Positions 1 through 8,839 of a stretch of 20,000 nt of DNA are shown piece after piece. The stretch is taken from the IMG/VR virus record IMGVR_UViG_3300010885_060749; one strand, 5' to 3'. The number at the start of each line of letters is the position of its first letter. Within the stretch, counting starts at the first letter, position 1. This DNA is from an uncultured virus (IMG/VR IMGVR_UViG_3300010885_060749). Taxonomy: Duplodnaviria > Heunggongvirae > Uroviricota > Caudoviricetes. Position numbers and translations under genes: made by a program. The notes beneath the pieces are model-generated. The model was not told the DNA's origin and ran no database searches. It worked only from the letters and a program-made list of their open reading frames with translations.

Positions 1-962
1 CTAGAAGCCCTGATCGGCTGGAGGTCGGCTACGTTAAACGTGGTTGACGTAGAGTCAGAATTTGTCTTAGTAGCTACGAACGCCGTGTTCGAAAGAGAGT
101 ATCCGAAAGCAACGTTGCTGTTACCAGATCCGGTGTACCCGCCGATGAACCCGCGGTCTCCAGTGCTGCTTGCCGGAAAAGCTCCGGAAGCAAATCCAAA
201 TCCAACGAGAGGGTCTTTGATGATTAGGTTACTGGAAGATACGGTTGTTGTCACTCCCTGGACTTCGAGATCACCAGGGATTACAACCCTACCGGTGCTT
301 GAACCGAGGTTAACTGTTGTAGCGGAAGAAGCTACGTTGAACGTTCCAGCGGTGGTTGTTATGTCTCCACCGTTGACGGCAACGTCTCCCGTGACTGTGA
401 CATTTCCAATCAGAGCGCTTGTTCCCTGGACGGACAGGTTTCCGGCGGACTGAAGGCCAGAGCCGCTGATGACACCCAAACCGTCGATACTAGCTACAGG
501 AAGACCCGAAAAAATATCTTTGAGAGTGAACGACCCAGAGCCTACGATCGGACCGGAGAACACGGACGTGTTGACGGCTGGGTTGCTGCTTGAAACTGCA
601 AAGAATACGTCTGATCCTTTGGAGTTAGCCGCAGAGCTGAAACCGATCGCGATGGACGACGTCGTGTAAGCTGCAGCTGCGCTAGCTTCGCTGAAGACTG
701 TAGGTGCACCGCCGCCACCGCCGCCTGTCGATGCGATGGTGACCGAGCCGTCCGAGCCCGTTGTGAGCGTGATGTTGCTGCCCGGCTTGAGGTACTCTCC
801 CCCACCCGCAAGTCTTGTAAGCGAGCCCGTTATATTCGTTGCGTAAACGGTTTGCCACTTATTCGCCGAAGAGCCGATGTCATTCGTTGCAGACACAGGA
901 ATCAGTGAACCAGTTACTGCGATGGTTCCCAGCGAACCAGATAAACTACCTACGAAAGCCAT
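1..962 (-). CDS. Ser/Thr/Gly-rich tail fibre-like structural protein, 3' end beyond the left window edge (not in ORF track)
   Basis: Manual translation from ATG at 962 (GGAG RBS upstream) is open to the edge: MAFVGSLSGSLGTIAVTGSLIPVSATNDIGSSANKWQTVYATNITGS...GDVAVNGGDITTTAGTFNV...GDLEVQG...KDPLVGFG...GDRGFIGG...LQPIRAS. It is clearly paralogous to the 1117-aa protein. Confidence 0.85.
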   Translation of the reverse strand, partial: MAFVGSLSGSLGTIAVTGSLIPVSATNDIGSSANKWQTVYATNITGSLTRLAGGGEYLKPGSNITLTTGSDGSVTIASTGGGGGGAPTVFSEASAAAAYTTSSIAIGFSSAANSKGSDVFFAVSSSNPAVNTSVFSGPIVGSGSFTLKDIFSGLPVASIDGLGVISGSGLQSAGNLSVQGTSALIGNVTVTGDVAVNGGDITTTAGTFNVASSATTVNLGSSTGRVVIPGDLEVQGVTTTVSSSNLIIKDPLVGFGFASGAFPASSTGDRGFIGGYTGSGNSNVAFGYSLSNTAFVATKTNSDSTSTTFNVADLQPIRAS

Positions 963-1008
963 GATATCACTCCAATTTCAGTTCATCTCTAACTATCAAC
1001 GAATACGG

Positions 1009-1920
1009 TTATTCGTCGATTAATTGCATCAACATCTTGTAGTTTTTTCCAGTCTTGTTGTTTACAATTCTGAGGAAGTCGTTTTCCTCGATCACAGTCC
1101 AGTCGCCGCGCTCGTTTCGAAGGTGAAGGTCGCCTGTGTATATGTGAGCCCAACGTATCGCATCAGTTCCAAGAGTGTATGTGTTGTGAGCGTCAGGAAC
1201 GATGGATCCTTTCATTCCGACTGAACCGGTGATGTACAAGGAACCCGACATATAAATGTTGGAAGTCCCAGCTGTGTCAGTCGTCCCGATCCTGATATTT
1301 GTTGTCGACCCTTGATCTCCGCCCTGACCGATGTTAATGTTCTTTATGAGACCTGAGACCGTCGCCCCAGTAGCCAGATTAATACCAATCGAGCCAGTCC
1401 TGCTTGCTGCAACGTTGAGCGTGAATCCGTTAGCGTTGCTGGAATTTCCGAACGATATTGTTGAAGCAGCCCCACCGATCGCAACCGAGCTCACTCCTGT
1501 CGCAAATATTGTGGTTGATGATGCTGAGCTCGTGATGTCGCCGCCGTCAACTGCAAGATCTCCCGAGATTGTTAATGAGTTTGATCCCGTTGCGAATACA
1601 AGACCAGAAGAAGCTCCAAGAACTCCATTGTCATTAAACTGTATCTGTGTGTTTGATCCCGTTGGAGGGGAAACAAACTCGATTAAGTTGGCGTCAGCTA
1701 CACCATCACGATACCAGTACTTTTTTGAGGATCCGCTGACGATGAGTCGAACTTCCATCGACTTAAATCTAAGAGCGGATGGAATGCCAGCGTTTGCTGC
1801 GGTGAGAGCAGATGGAACGGTGTCGGCGGAACCAGTGAATGGTCCCGAGTACGAGTCAACTGGAACAGCATTGACTGGCTGGATTCCATATGGTAGCTGA
1901 AGTCCGGGAGTTACTGGCAT
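1009..1920 (-). CDS. Tail fibre-like protein (303 aa)
   Basis: Contains the fibre motifs GSNTQIQFNDNG and GDLAVDGGDIT. The C-terminus (TYTLGTDAIRWAHIYTGDLHLRNERGDWTVIEENDFLRIVNNKTGKNYKM) resembles the terminal domain of aquatic myovirus fibre proteins. Confidence 0.75.
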   Translation of the reverse strand: MPVTPGLQLPYGIQPVNAVPVDSYSGPFTGSADTVPSALTAANAGIPSALRFKSMEVRLIVSGSSKKYWYRDGVADANLIEFVSPPTGSNTQIQFNDNGVLGASSGLVFATGSNSLTISGDLAVDGGDITSSASSTTIFATGVSSVAIGGAASTISFGNSSNANGFTLNVAASRTGSIGINLATGATVSGLIKNINIGQGGDQGSTTNIRIGTTDTAGTSNIYMSGSLYITGSVGMKGSIVPDAHNTYTLGTDAIRWAHIYTGDLHLRNERGDWTVIEENDFLRIVNNKTGKNYKMLMQLIDE

Positions 1921-1932
1921 GCTGCTCTCTAA

Positions 1933-4900
1933 TTATGCCCTTACGATCGAGTGACGGTGACTCGAGGCGTACGGGGAAGCGATTGTCATAGTGTAGACCT
2001 TGTACGAAACAGCAGTACCACCACCATCATTCACGTTGAACGTGGAGAGCACGTAGCTCGATGTGATGTCAGCGTTCAAGGCGTCCAGATCGGTTACGGA
2101 AGAGATGGTGTCTGATGCCGCAACCGTGGTTGGCAGCGCCATGGTGAAGTTGACTTGGGTATTTCCAGTATCAAGCTGCGTGGTGCCACCGGCGCTCACC
2201 AGCGTCTTTGTTCCAAGTGCTCTGACGTTTGCAGAGTTCACTGGGGCGGAAGCGGAAGGACCGTAGAAGATTCCGTACTGGAACGTGATTGTTGTGCTTC
2301 CTGATGTTGAAGTCTGGTAAGCATCAACAACTTGGACTCTGTAGAGCAACGACGTGGACGTGTTGAGAGAAGAGTCGTTGTGGCTTGTCGAAGGAATTGA
2401 GATTGAGGATGGGTTACCCGAGACAGGAACTGCGCTCAAACCTGGAACGTCTGTCCAACCTCCCGTTCCATTGACCTGATACTGAACAGAGTAACTTGAA
2501 ATTGGCGCGTTCGACCTGTTCCTGGTAATGGTGCCGGTGATTGTTGAACCGACATTTCCACGCTCTCGAAGCGTGTTTGTCTCGTTTGAGAACCCACCAC
2601 CTGTCGTGGTCGTGACAGTGAGCGCCATTGTCGGAGCGGCATAAGCTTGTGGAGTCAAGTTCACGGCAGTTGTGAGCGTAGCTCCCGCGCTGTCAGTTAT
2701 GATGTACTGGTAGTTGAGAATTGTGGTGAAGAAAGAACCAACCGTGAAAGTGTGATCGTAGTACAGAGGATTTGTCGTTGCGCTTGTCAGAGTCGTCCAA
2801 GCCCCTGTTGAGCCGCTTCTGAACTGAAGCGCTGCTGTCGAGACTGTTGCGCCGAGAGTGTTGATCGTATAACTTCCAGTGATGGATGTTGTGATTGACC
2901 CGGAGATACCGAATGTGGAAGTGATCGGGTTTGTTGGAGTAAGATTCACGGTCGGATTGATAGGCTCTGCAATTGCAAGGAGGATGACTTCCGCAGGTGT
3001 CTTTCCAGTTGCTGGGATCGTGGTACCGGTTGCGTATCTTCCAAAAGTTCTTCCACCAGTCAAAGAAACTGAAAGATCACTCGGGAAAACGTAAGAGTTA
3101 ACAGTGACCTGACCGTTGGCGGATCCCGAAGTAATCGAGATGCTTCCTGTCTGTGCCATGGCGCTGGATGAGCTTGCAACAAGGTAAGGTGTACCGTCCG
3201 TTAAGCTTCTGAGTGATCCGCTCAATCCACCAGTTGCTTTGATCGTGACACCAGTCAGAGTATCAGTCGTCTTATTGTAAGTTAGACCGCTGTCACCACC
3301 GAATGTTGTTCCACCATCATTAAATTGAACGTAAGTGTCGGATCCACCCGGAGACCCACCGCCACCGCCTGAAGCAGTGAGTTCCCACTGTCCGGAAGAA
3401 TTGTAGTTGACGGTTACACCGCTTCCGGTGATGAAATCAAGACCGCCAGTAGTCTTTCTAAGAGACCCAGTTATATTCTGCGCAATAAGTGAGCCTGTTA
3501 CCTGAACGCTTGAACCGCTGATCGTTACAGCAGAGTCGCTATTGATAGAGAGGCTCTTACCAGTGTAAGCGCTGATGGTAGCGTTCTGTCCTGAGCCGCT
3601 AACAACACTCAAAAACTGAGAGTTGTCTTTCTCAAATCCAATTCCCTGAGAGCCTGCAGTGATTGATAGCAAGCTACCGGTTAGCTTGGTTAAACCCGTT
3701 CCGCCGATCTGAAACGTCTTACCGGCTGCAGCTGCGAGTGATGTAAGATCTCCCGATCCGCTGCTAATTGTTGCGAAATTAGTTCCATGACGCTGGAAGT
3801 TGATAACACCAGCGCCGTGATTAATAGAGACTGTTGAACCGCTTAGCTGAGTCGAAGCTGTTCCGCCAACGCTTAAGTTTAGGGATTGAGCTGAGATGAC
3901 AGAGTCACTTGCGCCGTCGTAGGTCGCTCGAAGAAACTCTGAAGCTCCGCGATAAAGTAAGATTTGACCGTCGTTAGATCCAAGCGTTAGGGTAGATCCA
4001 CTAATCGTGAGATTTACCGGTGTTCCTGACTGTAATCTTCCAAGTATCTTTGGGCTGAATAAGTTGGAGCTATCAACCGCAAGTCCGCCGTTGGAATTCG
4101 AATCAAACCATGTAAGACCAGAGTACGAATCAATGTGGACTGAGCTGCCAGAGAGATACAACGACGGAAAAGCAGCTTCTGTCGATCGAATGAGAGCTGA
4201 TGAACCACCAGATCTTGAAAAAGAGATGTACTCAGACTCAGCTTCAAAGAATTTAACCGTATTTCCAGAAGCAGCTTTCAGCTGGACTGCAGTTCCGCTG
4301 GCAACTAGCGTCGAACCGTCTGAAGACGTAATAAAAGCTGTTGTTCCGTTGACTTGAAGAGATGAAGCTCTGATCGGCTGCAAGCTGCTAACAGCAATTG
4401 CAGTTGCGCCGGGAGTGGATGTTGTCTTTGTGGCGACAAATGACCCGCTGTTGTTCGACCATGCAAAAGCGACATTGTTACCAGCTCCCGTGATACCACC
4501 GATGAATCCACGATCTCCAGCTGATCCAGCCACCGATCCGGTGGTGAAACCAAGACCTATGAGCGGATCTTCAACCGTGATATTGGAAGCGTCAACAGTT
4601 ACAGTCGTTCCCTGGACTTCAAGATCGCCCGGAACTACGACCCTGCTTGTGCTTGATCCGAGGTTGAGAGTTGTTGCTGAAGTTGCAAGGTTAAACGTTG
4701 ACGCAGTTGTGGTAATATCTCCACCGTCGACCGCAACGTCACCCGAAAATTGAGCGTTTGTTCCCGTTACGTTACCAATTACGTAATGTGATCCAGAGAT
4801 GACGACATCGCCACCGAACACAGACTTTCTAGCAGTAGCATCAGTAATGCCAGATGTTCCGCTGACAAAGAAGAATACATCGGAACCGGCGTTCTGGGCT

Positions 4901-5286
4901 GCGTAACTTGACCCCAGAGCTCCCGCAATGGATACTGAAGCGGTTGAGTTGAGACGTGGGGATGGGGAAAGCTCATTCCAGTTGCTTGTGCCTCCGCCCC
5001 CTCCTCCGACAGAATATGACGCGCCCGCTGAGTTGTAGATTGTACCTGAAATGACGACGTCACCCTTGAAAGTGACAACTCCACGAGATGATGAATTTTT
5101 AGAACCTGCAGTTCCTGAAATGAAAAGCCAGGTATCAGATCCGGTCGTGAAATGTGATGCGAAGAACCCACCTGACTGATCCGTTGCAGAACCAAGCCCA
5201 TAGATCAGAAGCGGTGAAGATGCAGTGCTTCCAGAGTTGATGATCTGGTTAACGCGTATCTGTCTTGCGCGAAAATCTGCTGACAT
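1933..5286 (-). CDS. Long tail fibre / receptor-binding-like protein (1117 aa)
   Basis: Long S/T/G-rich ORF with poly-Gly hinges, a GSDTYVQFNDGG motif, about five ~52-aa SGS-initiated repeats and beta-rich C-terminal domains. Confidence 0.8.
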   Translation of the reverse strand: MSADFRARQIRVNQIINSGSTASSPLLIYGLGSATDQSGGFFASHFTTGSDTWLFISGTAGSKNSSSRGVVTFKGDVVISGTIYNSAGASYSVGGGGGGTSNWNELSPSPRLNSTASVSIAGALGSSYAAQNAGSDVFFFVSGTSGITDATARKSVFGGDVVISGSHYVIGNVTGTNAQFSGDVAVDGGDITTTASTFNLATSATTLNLGSSTSRVVVPGDLEVQGTTVTVDASNITVEDPLIGLGFTTGSVAGSAGDRGFIGGITGAGNNVAFAWSNNSGSFVATKTTSTPGATAIAVSSLQPIRASSLQVNGTTAFITSSDGSTLVASGTAVQLKAASGNTVKFFEAESEYISFSRSGGSSALIRSTEAAFPSLYLSGSSVHIDSYSGLTWFDSNSNGGLAVDSSNLFSPKILGRLQSGTPVNLTISGSTLTLGSNDGQILLYRGASEFLRATYDGASDSVISAQSLNLSVGGTASTQLSGSTVSINHGAGVINFQRHGTNFATISSGSGDLTSLAAAAGKTFQIGGTGLTKLTGSLLSITAGSQGIGFEKDNSQFLSVVSGSGQNATISAYTGKSLSINSDSAVTISGSSVQVTGSLIAQNITGSLRKTTGGLDFITGSGVTVNYNSSGQWELTASGGGGGSPGGSDTYVQFNDGGTTFGGDSGLTYNKTTDTLTGVTIKATGGLSGSLRSLTDGTPYLVASSSSAMAQTGSISITSGSANGQVTVNSYVFPSDLSVSLTGGRTFGRYATGTTIPATGKTPAEVILLAIAEPINPTVNLTPTNPITSTFGISGSITTSITGSYTINTLGATVSTAALQFRSGSTGAWTTLTSATTNPLYYDHTFTVGSFFTTILNYQYIITDSAGATLTTAVNLTPQAYAAPTMALTVTTTTGGGFSNETNTLRERGNVGSTITGTITRNRSNAPISSYSVQYQVNGTGGWTDVPGLSAVPVSGNPSSISIPSTSHNDSSLNTSTSLLYRVQVVDAYQTSTSGSTTITFQYGIFYGPSASAPVNSANVRALGTKTLVSAGGTTQLDTGNTQVNFTMALPTTVAASDTISSVTDLDALNADITSSYVLSTFNVNDGGGTAVSYKVYTMTIASPYASSHRHSIVRA

Positions 5287-5612
5287 TAACTTAGAACCTC
5301 AATCGCATGGATATGGACAGAATCGCTAGTCGGAGTGGAAGCTTTTAAAGTGACGCTTGAAGCCGAAATACTTACGATATACACGCTGAAGTTCGCAGTT
5401 GCTCCTTTTGGAGTAACAGTAACTTTCGGTGGAAGAGAAAACTTGCCAGTAGGAAAGCTATACGTAAGCTCATCGCTACCGCCAAAAGTAGCGATTGCAG
5501 CGTCTATATTCACATTAGCCAAGTCAGACTCCGTCAGGAAGTAATTTCTGGGTTCACGACGCAGGAATGGATACGTCTTTTTGTAGCGTTGTAGATCGAT
5601 CCTCGTCGGCAC
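5286..5612 (-). CDS. Small beta-rich fibre-associated protein (108 aa)
   Basis: GTG start with GGAGG RBS. The stop overlaps the start of the long fibre gene. The TYSFP..FSLPPKVTVT..VYIVSISASSVTL pattern resembles gp53-like/H-lectin-like fibre domains. Confidence 0.65.
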   Translation of the reverse strand: MPTRIDLQRYKKTYPFLRREPRNYFLTESDLANVNIDAAIATFGGSDELTYSFPTGKFSLPPKVTVTPKGATANFSVYIVSISASSVTLKASTPTSDSVHIHAIEVLS

Positions 5613-5641
5613 AGCCCGCCTCCAGCACTAAGTATTCTGAG

Positions 5642-6949
5642 CTAGAGCATCTGACCTGCGAGAGTCGCGAGTTCCGACCGTTCTCCTCTCTCAAGAGTAA
5701 TATGACTTGTGAGATGAGAAGTCTTTAGCTTTTCAACAGAAATAGTCAAACCGTTAGAGTAGCTGTCAATGTAAGGAGTGTCAATCTGATCAGTGTCTCC
5801 AAGGAGAACGATCTTGCTGTTCTTACCAGTTCTCGTGATGATCGTCTTCAACTCATGAATTGTCGTGTTCTGAGCCTCATCAACAATGATGAAAGCATCA
5901 GCGAATGTTCGACCACGAATGAAAGAGAGCGGAGCAACGTCAATATCACCTCGGGCTCTCATCATCTCAAAGAATGTTGATTCTCCAAACGCTTGCCTGA
6001 AGTTGTCGACAATCGGAGATAGCCACGGAGCCATCTTGTCGTTGATATCACCGGGTAGGAAGCCAAGCTCCTTACCGACGGGCTCAATTGATCTTGTGAT
6101 GATGATACGCTTGTACGTCTTCTCACTGAAACCCTGCATTCCAGCTGCGAGAGTAAGGAAAGTCTTACCGGATCCAGCAAGACCTGAAAGAGAGACGAGG
6201 GGAATCTCTGGATCAAGCAGAGCGTGAAGAGCAAACTTTTGCTCTTTGCTCCTAGCATTGATGCTGTTGCACTTGTAGTTTAAGGGCAGAAGCTTTCCGT
6301 TCTTATGGATTGCAAGAAAAGACTTCTTTGGATCAAGATCGGAGACAGCGTACACAAACTGATTCGGAAAGAGCTCAGGCATCCATTCCTCGACCTCAAG
6401 CTCCTTCCTGGAGTAGAAGGTATCAATGTCACGATCAGCGAGCTCAATCGTCTCCTGACCTGAGTACATCTGGCGACCTTCCTTCACACTCCTGATGTGA
6501 TCGCGGAAGTAATCCTCCGCGATAAGACCCAGCGCGTCGCACTTCACTCTAAGGTTAATGTCCTTCGTTACGACCTTCACAGGCACCCCTGGGTGTCTCT
6601 GCTTTAGGCCCAGGGCCACGATAACAAGTTGGTTATCACCTTTGGATGAATCGAGGCCAGAGGGCATCTGGATGCCCATAGGGCTCATCTCATTCTCAAC
6701 CCGAATGGTCTGGTCCCCCGGCACCTGGACACCATCGTGAAGGTGACCTCCCTGCTGACGGAGCTGATCGAGGTACCTGTTCACGTATCGAGCTGACGAT
6801 CCGAGTAGGTCTTGACGCTCCTTGAATCGATCCAACTCCTCAAGCACCACTAACGGAAGAATCACATCATTTCCGGGAAATGAGTGAATGCTCTGCATGT
6901 CATGAAGGAGAACCGACGTATCAACTACAAGAATCTTTCTGGTACTCAA
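5642..6949 (-). CDS. phoH: PhoH-family ATPase with N-terminal PIN domain (PhoH2/YlaK-like)
   Basis: PIN motifs VVDTSVLL, VLEELD, DNQL and VTKDINLRVK. PhoH motifs GLAGSGKT, LGFLPGD, RGRTF, IIVDEAQN and GDTDQID. TTG start with AGGA RBS. Confidence 0.93.
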   Translation of the reverse strand: MSTRKILVVDTSVLLHDMQSIHSFPGNDVILPLVVLEELDRFKERQDLLGSSARYVNRYLDQLRQQGGHLHDGVQVPGDQTIRVENEMSPMGIQMPSGLDSSKGDNQLVIVALGLKQRHPGVPVKVVTKDINLRVKCDALGLIAEDYFRDHIRSVKEGRQMYSGQETIELADRDIDTFYSRKELEVEEWMPELFPNQFVYAVSDLDPKKSFLAIHKNGKLLPLNYKCNSINARSKEQKFALHALLDPEIPLVSLSGLAGSGKTFLTLAAGMQGFSEKTYKRIIITRSIEPVGKELGFLPGDINDKMAPWLSPIVDNFRQAFGESTFFEMMRARGDIDVAPLSFIRGRTFADAFIIVDEAQNTTIHELKTIITRTGKNSKIVLLGDTDQIDTPYIDSYSNGLTISVEKLKTSHLTSHITLERGERSELATLAGQML

Positions 6950-7021
6950 CTTTTCCTATCGAGGTTGAAAATACTCGCCTCTCAAGTAAAGATATCATCT
7001 AAGAGACAAAGGTAACATCAA

Positions 7022-7276
7022 ATGGAGAACAAATTGACAGATACCGTGATTGGCACCACTTGCTTTGCTGAGCATGAAAAGCGTGGAGCGCAATGTCAGA
7101 AGAAGGGATGCAGGCAGTGGATGAATTCATCCTGTCACATGAACTGCGCGATCATCGCTGCATCCCAGAATGATGAAGGTATGACTCTTCAGCAGATTGG
7201 AGATATATTCAACATCACGAGAATGAGAGTCTGTCAACTAGAAAAGGCCTCACTCCAGAAGATATCTGTGGAGTGA
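7022..7276 (+). CDS. Stand-alone sigma70 region-4 HTH protein with Cys-rich N-terminus (84 aa)
   Basis: MTLQQIGDIFNITRMRVCQLEKASLQKI matches the sigma70 region 4.2 pattern (TLEEVG..F.VTRERIRQIE.KAL.KL). The N-terminal half carries a Cys/His cluster. Confidence 0.8.
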   Translation: MENKLTDTVIGTTCFAEHEKRGAQCQKKGCRQWMNSSCHMNCAIIAASQNDEGMTLQQIGDIFNITRMRVCQLEKASLQKISVE

Positions 7277-7281
7277 GGCCT
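7241..7281 (-). terminator. Intrinsic terminator-like hairpin closing the minus-strand operon; overlaps the 3' end of the convergent sigma-4 gene
   Basis: Perfect 13-bp inverted repeat AGGCCTCACTCCA (7245-7257) / TGGAGTGAGGCCT (7269-7281), followed on the minus strand by a short TTTCT tail. Confidence 0.6.
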
Positions 7282-7298
7282 CGCCTATAATTTCGCGA

Positions 7299-7646
7299 TT
7301 AAGACTTGCTTGCAGCTGTCAAAAGAGCGATGATATCAGCCTTTGTGCTTGTGGGAGAGACGGTAAGACCCATCGAAACTGCCGCTTCGGTCAACTGCGC
7401 TTTGGTCCAAGTCGGATCCCAAGACACAACAGGAGCAGTCTCAACAACGTTTGCGTCGATCGGCTCAGGTGCGGGGGTCGTATCGGTCTGAACCGGAACG
7501 CTTTCTACCACCTCGGTTACAAGCTCTTTGATCTCTATAGGAGCTTGCTCCACGGGGGCTTCAACAATTTCTTGAGTTGCCTGGTCGTCGGTCGAAACCT
7601 CAGCAAAATGCGGCTTTCCAGCAAGTCGATAGAGAGATGCTGGCAT
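7299..7646 (-). CDS. Protein with acidic linker and C-terminal Rho-N/HeH(LEM/SAP)-like nucleic-acid-binding domain (115 aa)
   Basis: Start moved to the ATG at 7646, just after the upstream stop. The C-terminal WTKAQLTEAAVSMGLTVSPTSTKADIIALL fits the helix-extended-helix pattern. Confidence 0.65.
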   Translation of the reverse strand: MPASLYRLAGKPHFAEVSTDDQATQEIVEAPVEQAPIEIKELVTEVVESVPVQTDTTPAPEPIDANVVETAPVVSWDPTWTKAQLTEAAVSMGLTVSPTSTKADIIALLTAASKS

Positions 7647-7647
7647 G

Positions 7648-7851
7648 TTACTCTGCAGCCTTCCTGCTCTTCTCAACCTCGACCATGGACTTGATAAGAG
7701 TCGCAGCTTCTTTCTTCAGAAGTCTGAGTCCACGACGAGCACGAACACCAGCAGACGCGTTTCCGCCTGCATTCTTCTGGATGTCAAGATCCATCGACTC
7801 GATTAGGGTCTTAACACGATTCCAAGTCTCAGCGATTGCTTCATTTGCCAT
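7648..7851 (-). CDS. Histone H1-like Hc1-family DNA-binding protein (67 aa)
   Basis: KTLIESMDLDIQKNAGGNASAGVRARRGLRLLKK matches the Hc1 signature (..K...GNK.AG.RARK....L). Confidence 0.75.
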   Translation of the reverse strand: MANEAIAETWNRVKTLIESMDLDIQKNAGGNASAGVRARRGLRLLKKEAATLIKSMVEVEKSRKAAE

Positions 7852-7854
7852 TTT

Positions 7855-8091
7855 TTACTCCGTTGTTATGATGTTTGAAGAAACTTGCGCTCCTTCGAGC
7901 GCTTCTTTGGCAACTGTAGAGATGACCATTAGGGCTTCTCTGTCTTCCAGCTCCATTGCCAAAAGCTTAATGATATTTAGAATTTGACGCTGATTTACGC
8001 CAAACTTCAATATTTCAGAGACAATTTGTCTTGATTTTAGAGTTTCCTGCGCCCACTTCTCAGTCTCTGTTTGTCCAACTTTCTCAGTCAT
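7855..8091 (-). CDS. Hypothetical protein (78 aa)
   Basis: Tightly packed in the operon; its start overlaps the upstream stop. Confidence 0.7.
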   Translation of the reverse strand: MTEKVGQTETEKWAQETLKSRQIVSEILKFGVNQRQILNIIKLLAMELEDREALMVISTVAKEALEGAQVSSNIITTE

Positions 8092-8534
8092 TAGAACGCC
8101 TCTATCCTGAACTTTCCGTCATCTACAAAAATTAATCTCTTACCGTGCAGGTCACCCACCTCGTCTTCCTCTTTAGCTAGTGTTATCCACTGATCCCAAG
8201 ATTTAGTGAGATAAATCCACTCGGCCTGCTCCCATGTAGCAATGTCACATTGGTAAGATTCTAAGACTCTGATAAGATCTTGAGATATTGAAAATTTTAT
8301 GTCTTCAATATTCGGAAGAGATTTTGCATCTTCTTTTGAGGTCAACTCTGATTTACAGATATCTGTGATTTTATGAATGACACCACAGTTATTGCATTGA
8401 GCAAATTTCGGTTGGACAGTGTCAGAATCATCAATCACAGAAAAAACTGCAAACTTATGAAATACGGGATCAGCAGCATTCTTAAACTGTGGAAGAATGC
8501 AATGACATTGAATTAAGTGCTTGATCCCTTGCAA
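8091..8534 (-). CDS. Hypothetical protein with putative zinc ribbon (147 aa)
   Basis: Contains CHC...CNNC...C. Packed between neighbours, with a TTG start. Confidence 0.7.
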   Translation of the reverse strand: MQGIKHLIQCHCILPQFKNAADPVFHKFAVFSVIDDSDTVQPKFAQCNNCGVIHKITDICKSELTSKEDAKSLPNIEDIKFSISQDLIRVLESYQCDIATWEQAEWIYLTKSWDQWITLAKEEDEVGDLHGKRLIFVDDGKFRIEAF

Positions 8535-8537
8535 GTT

Positions 8538-8792
8538 TCACCCGAAGAGCTTGTTCTTCTTGGGAGCATCAGACTCTTTCTGAATTTCTTTGAAAAGCGA
8601 GATGTACTGATTAACGCCGTTGTACCCCACACTCTCAATCGTTGACTTTACGATGCTTGTCGCACGAACAACCTGATCGTCCGAAAGCTTCATCTCGTTC
8701 TTTAGGACCAAGGTCAAGTTAGCCGTTACGTTATCAGAAATTGCACCGAGAACGTCATGCGTTACTCTACCGACATCAGATTCAAGACTCAT
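8538..8792 (-). CDS. Hypothetical protein (84 aa)
   Basis: Start moved to the ATG at 8792, which is preceded by a GGAGAGG RBS (MSLESDVGR...). Confidence 0.7.
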   Translation of the reverse strand: MSLESDVGRVTHDVLGAISDNVTANLTLVLKNEMKLSDDQVVRATSIVKSTIESVGYNGVNQYISLFKEIQKESDAPKKNKLFG

Positions 8793-8839
8793 TTTTTCCT
8801 CTCCATTAAAATTCACAATAAAGCTCAAAAAAGTAAAGG

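Noticed and set aside
40..5544. Many plus-strand ORFs opposite the fibre genes (e.g. 40-453, 1331-1900, 4007-4357, 4415-4753), some similar to each other
   Set aside because: They are antisense shadows of S/T/G-rich coding sequence. Their mutual similarity simply mirrors the duplicated fibre module.
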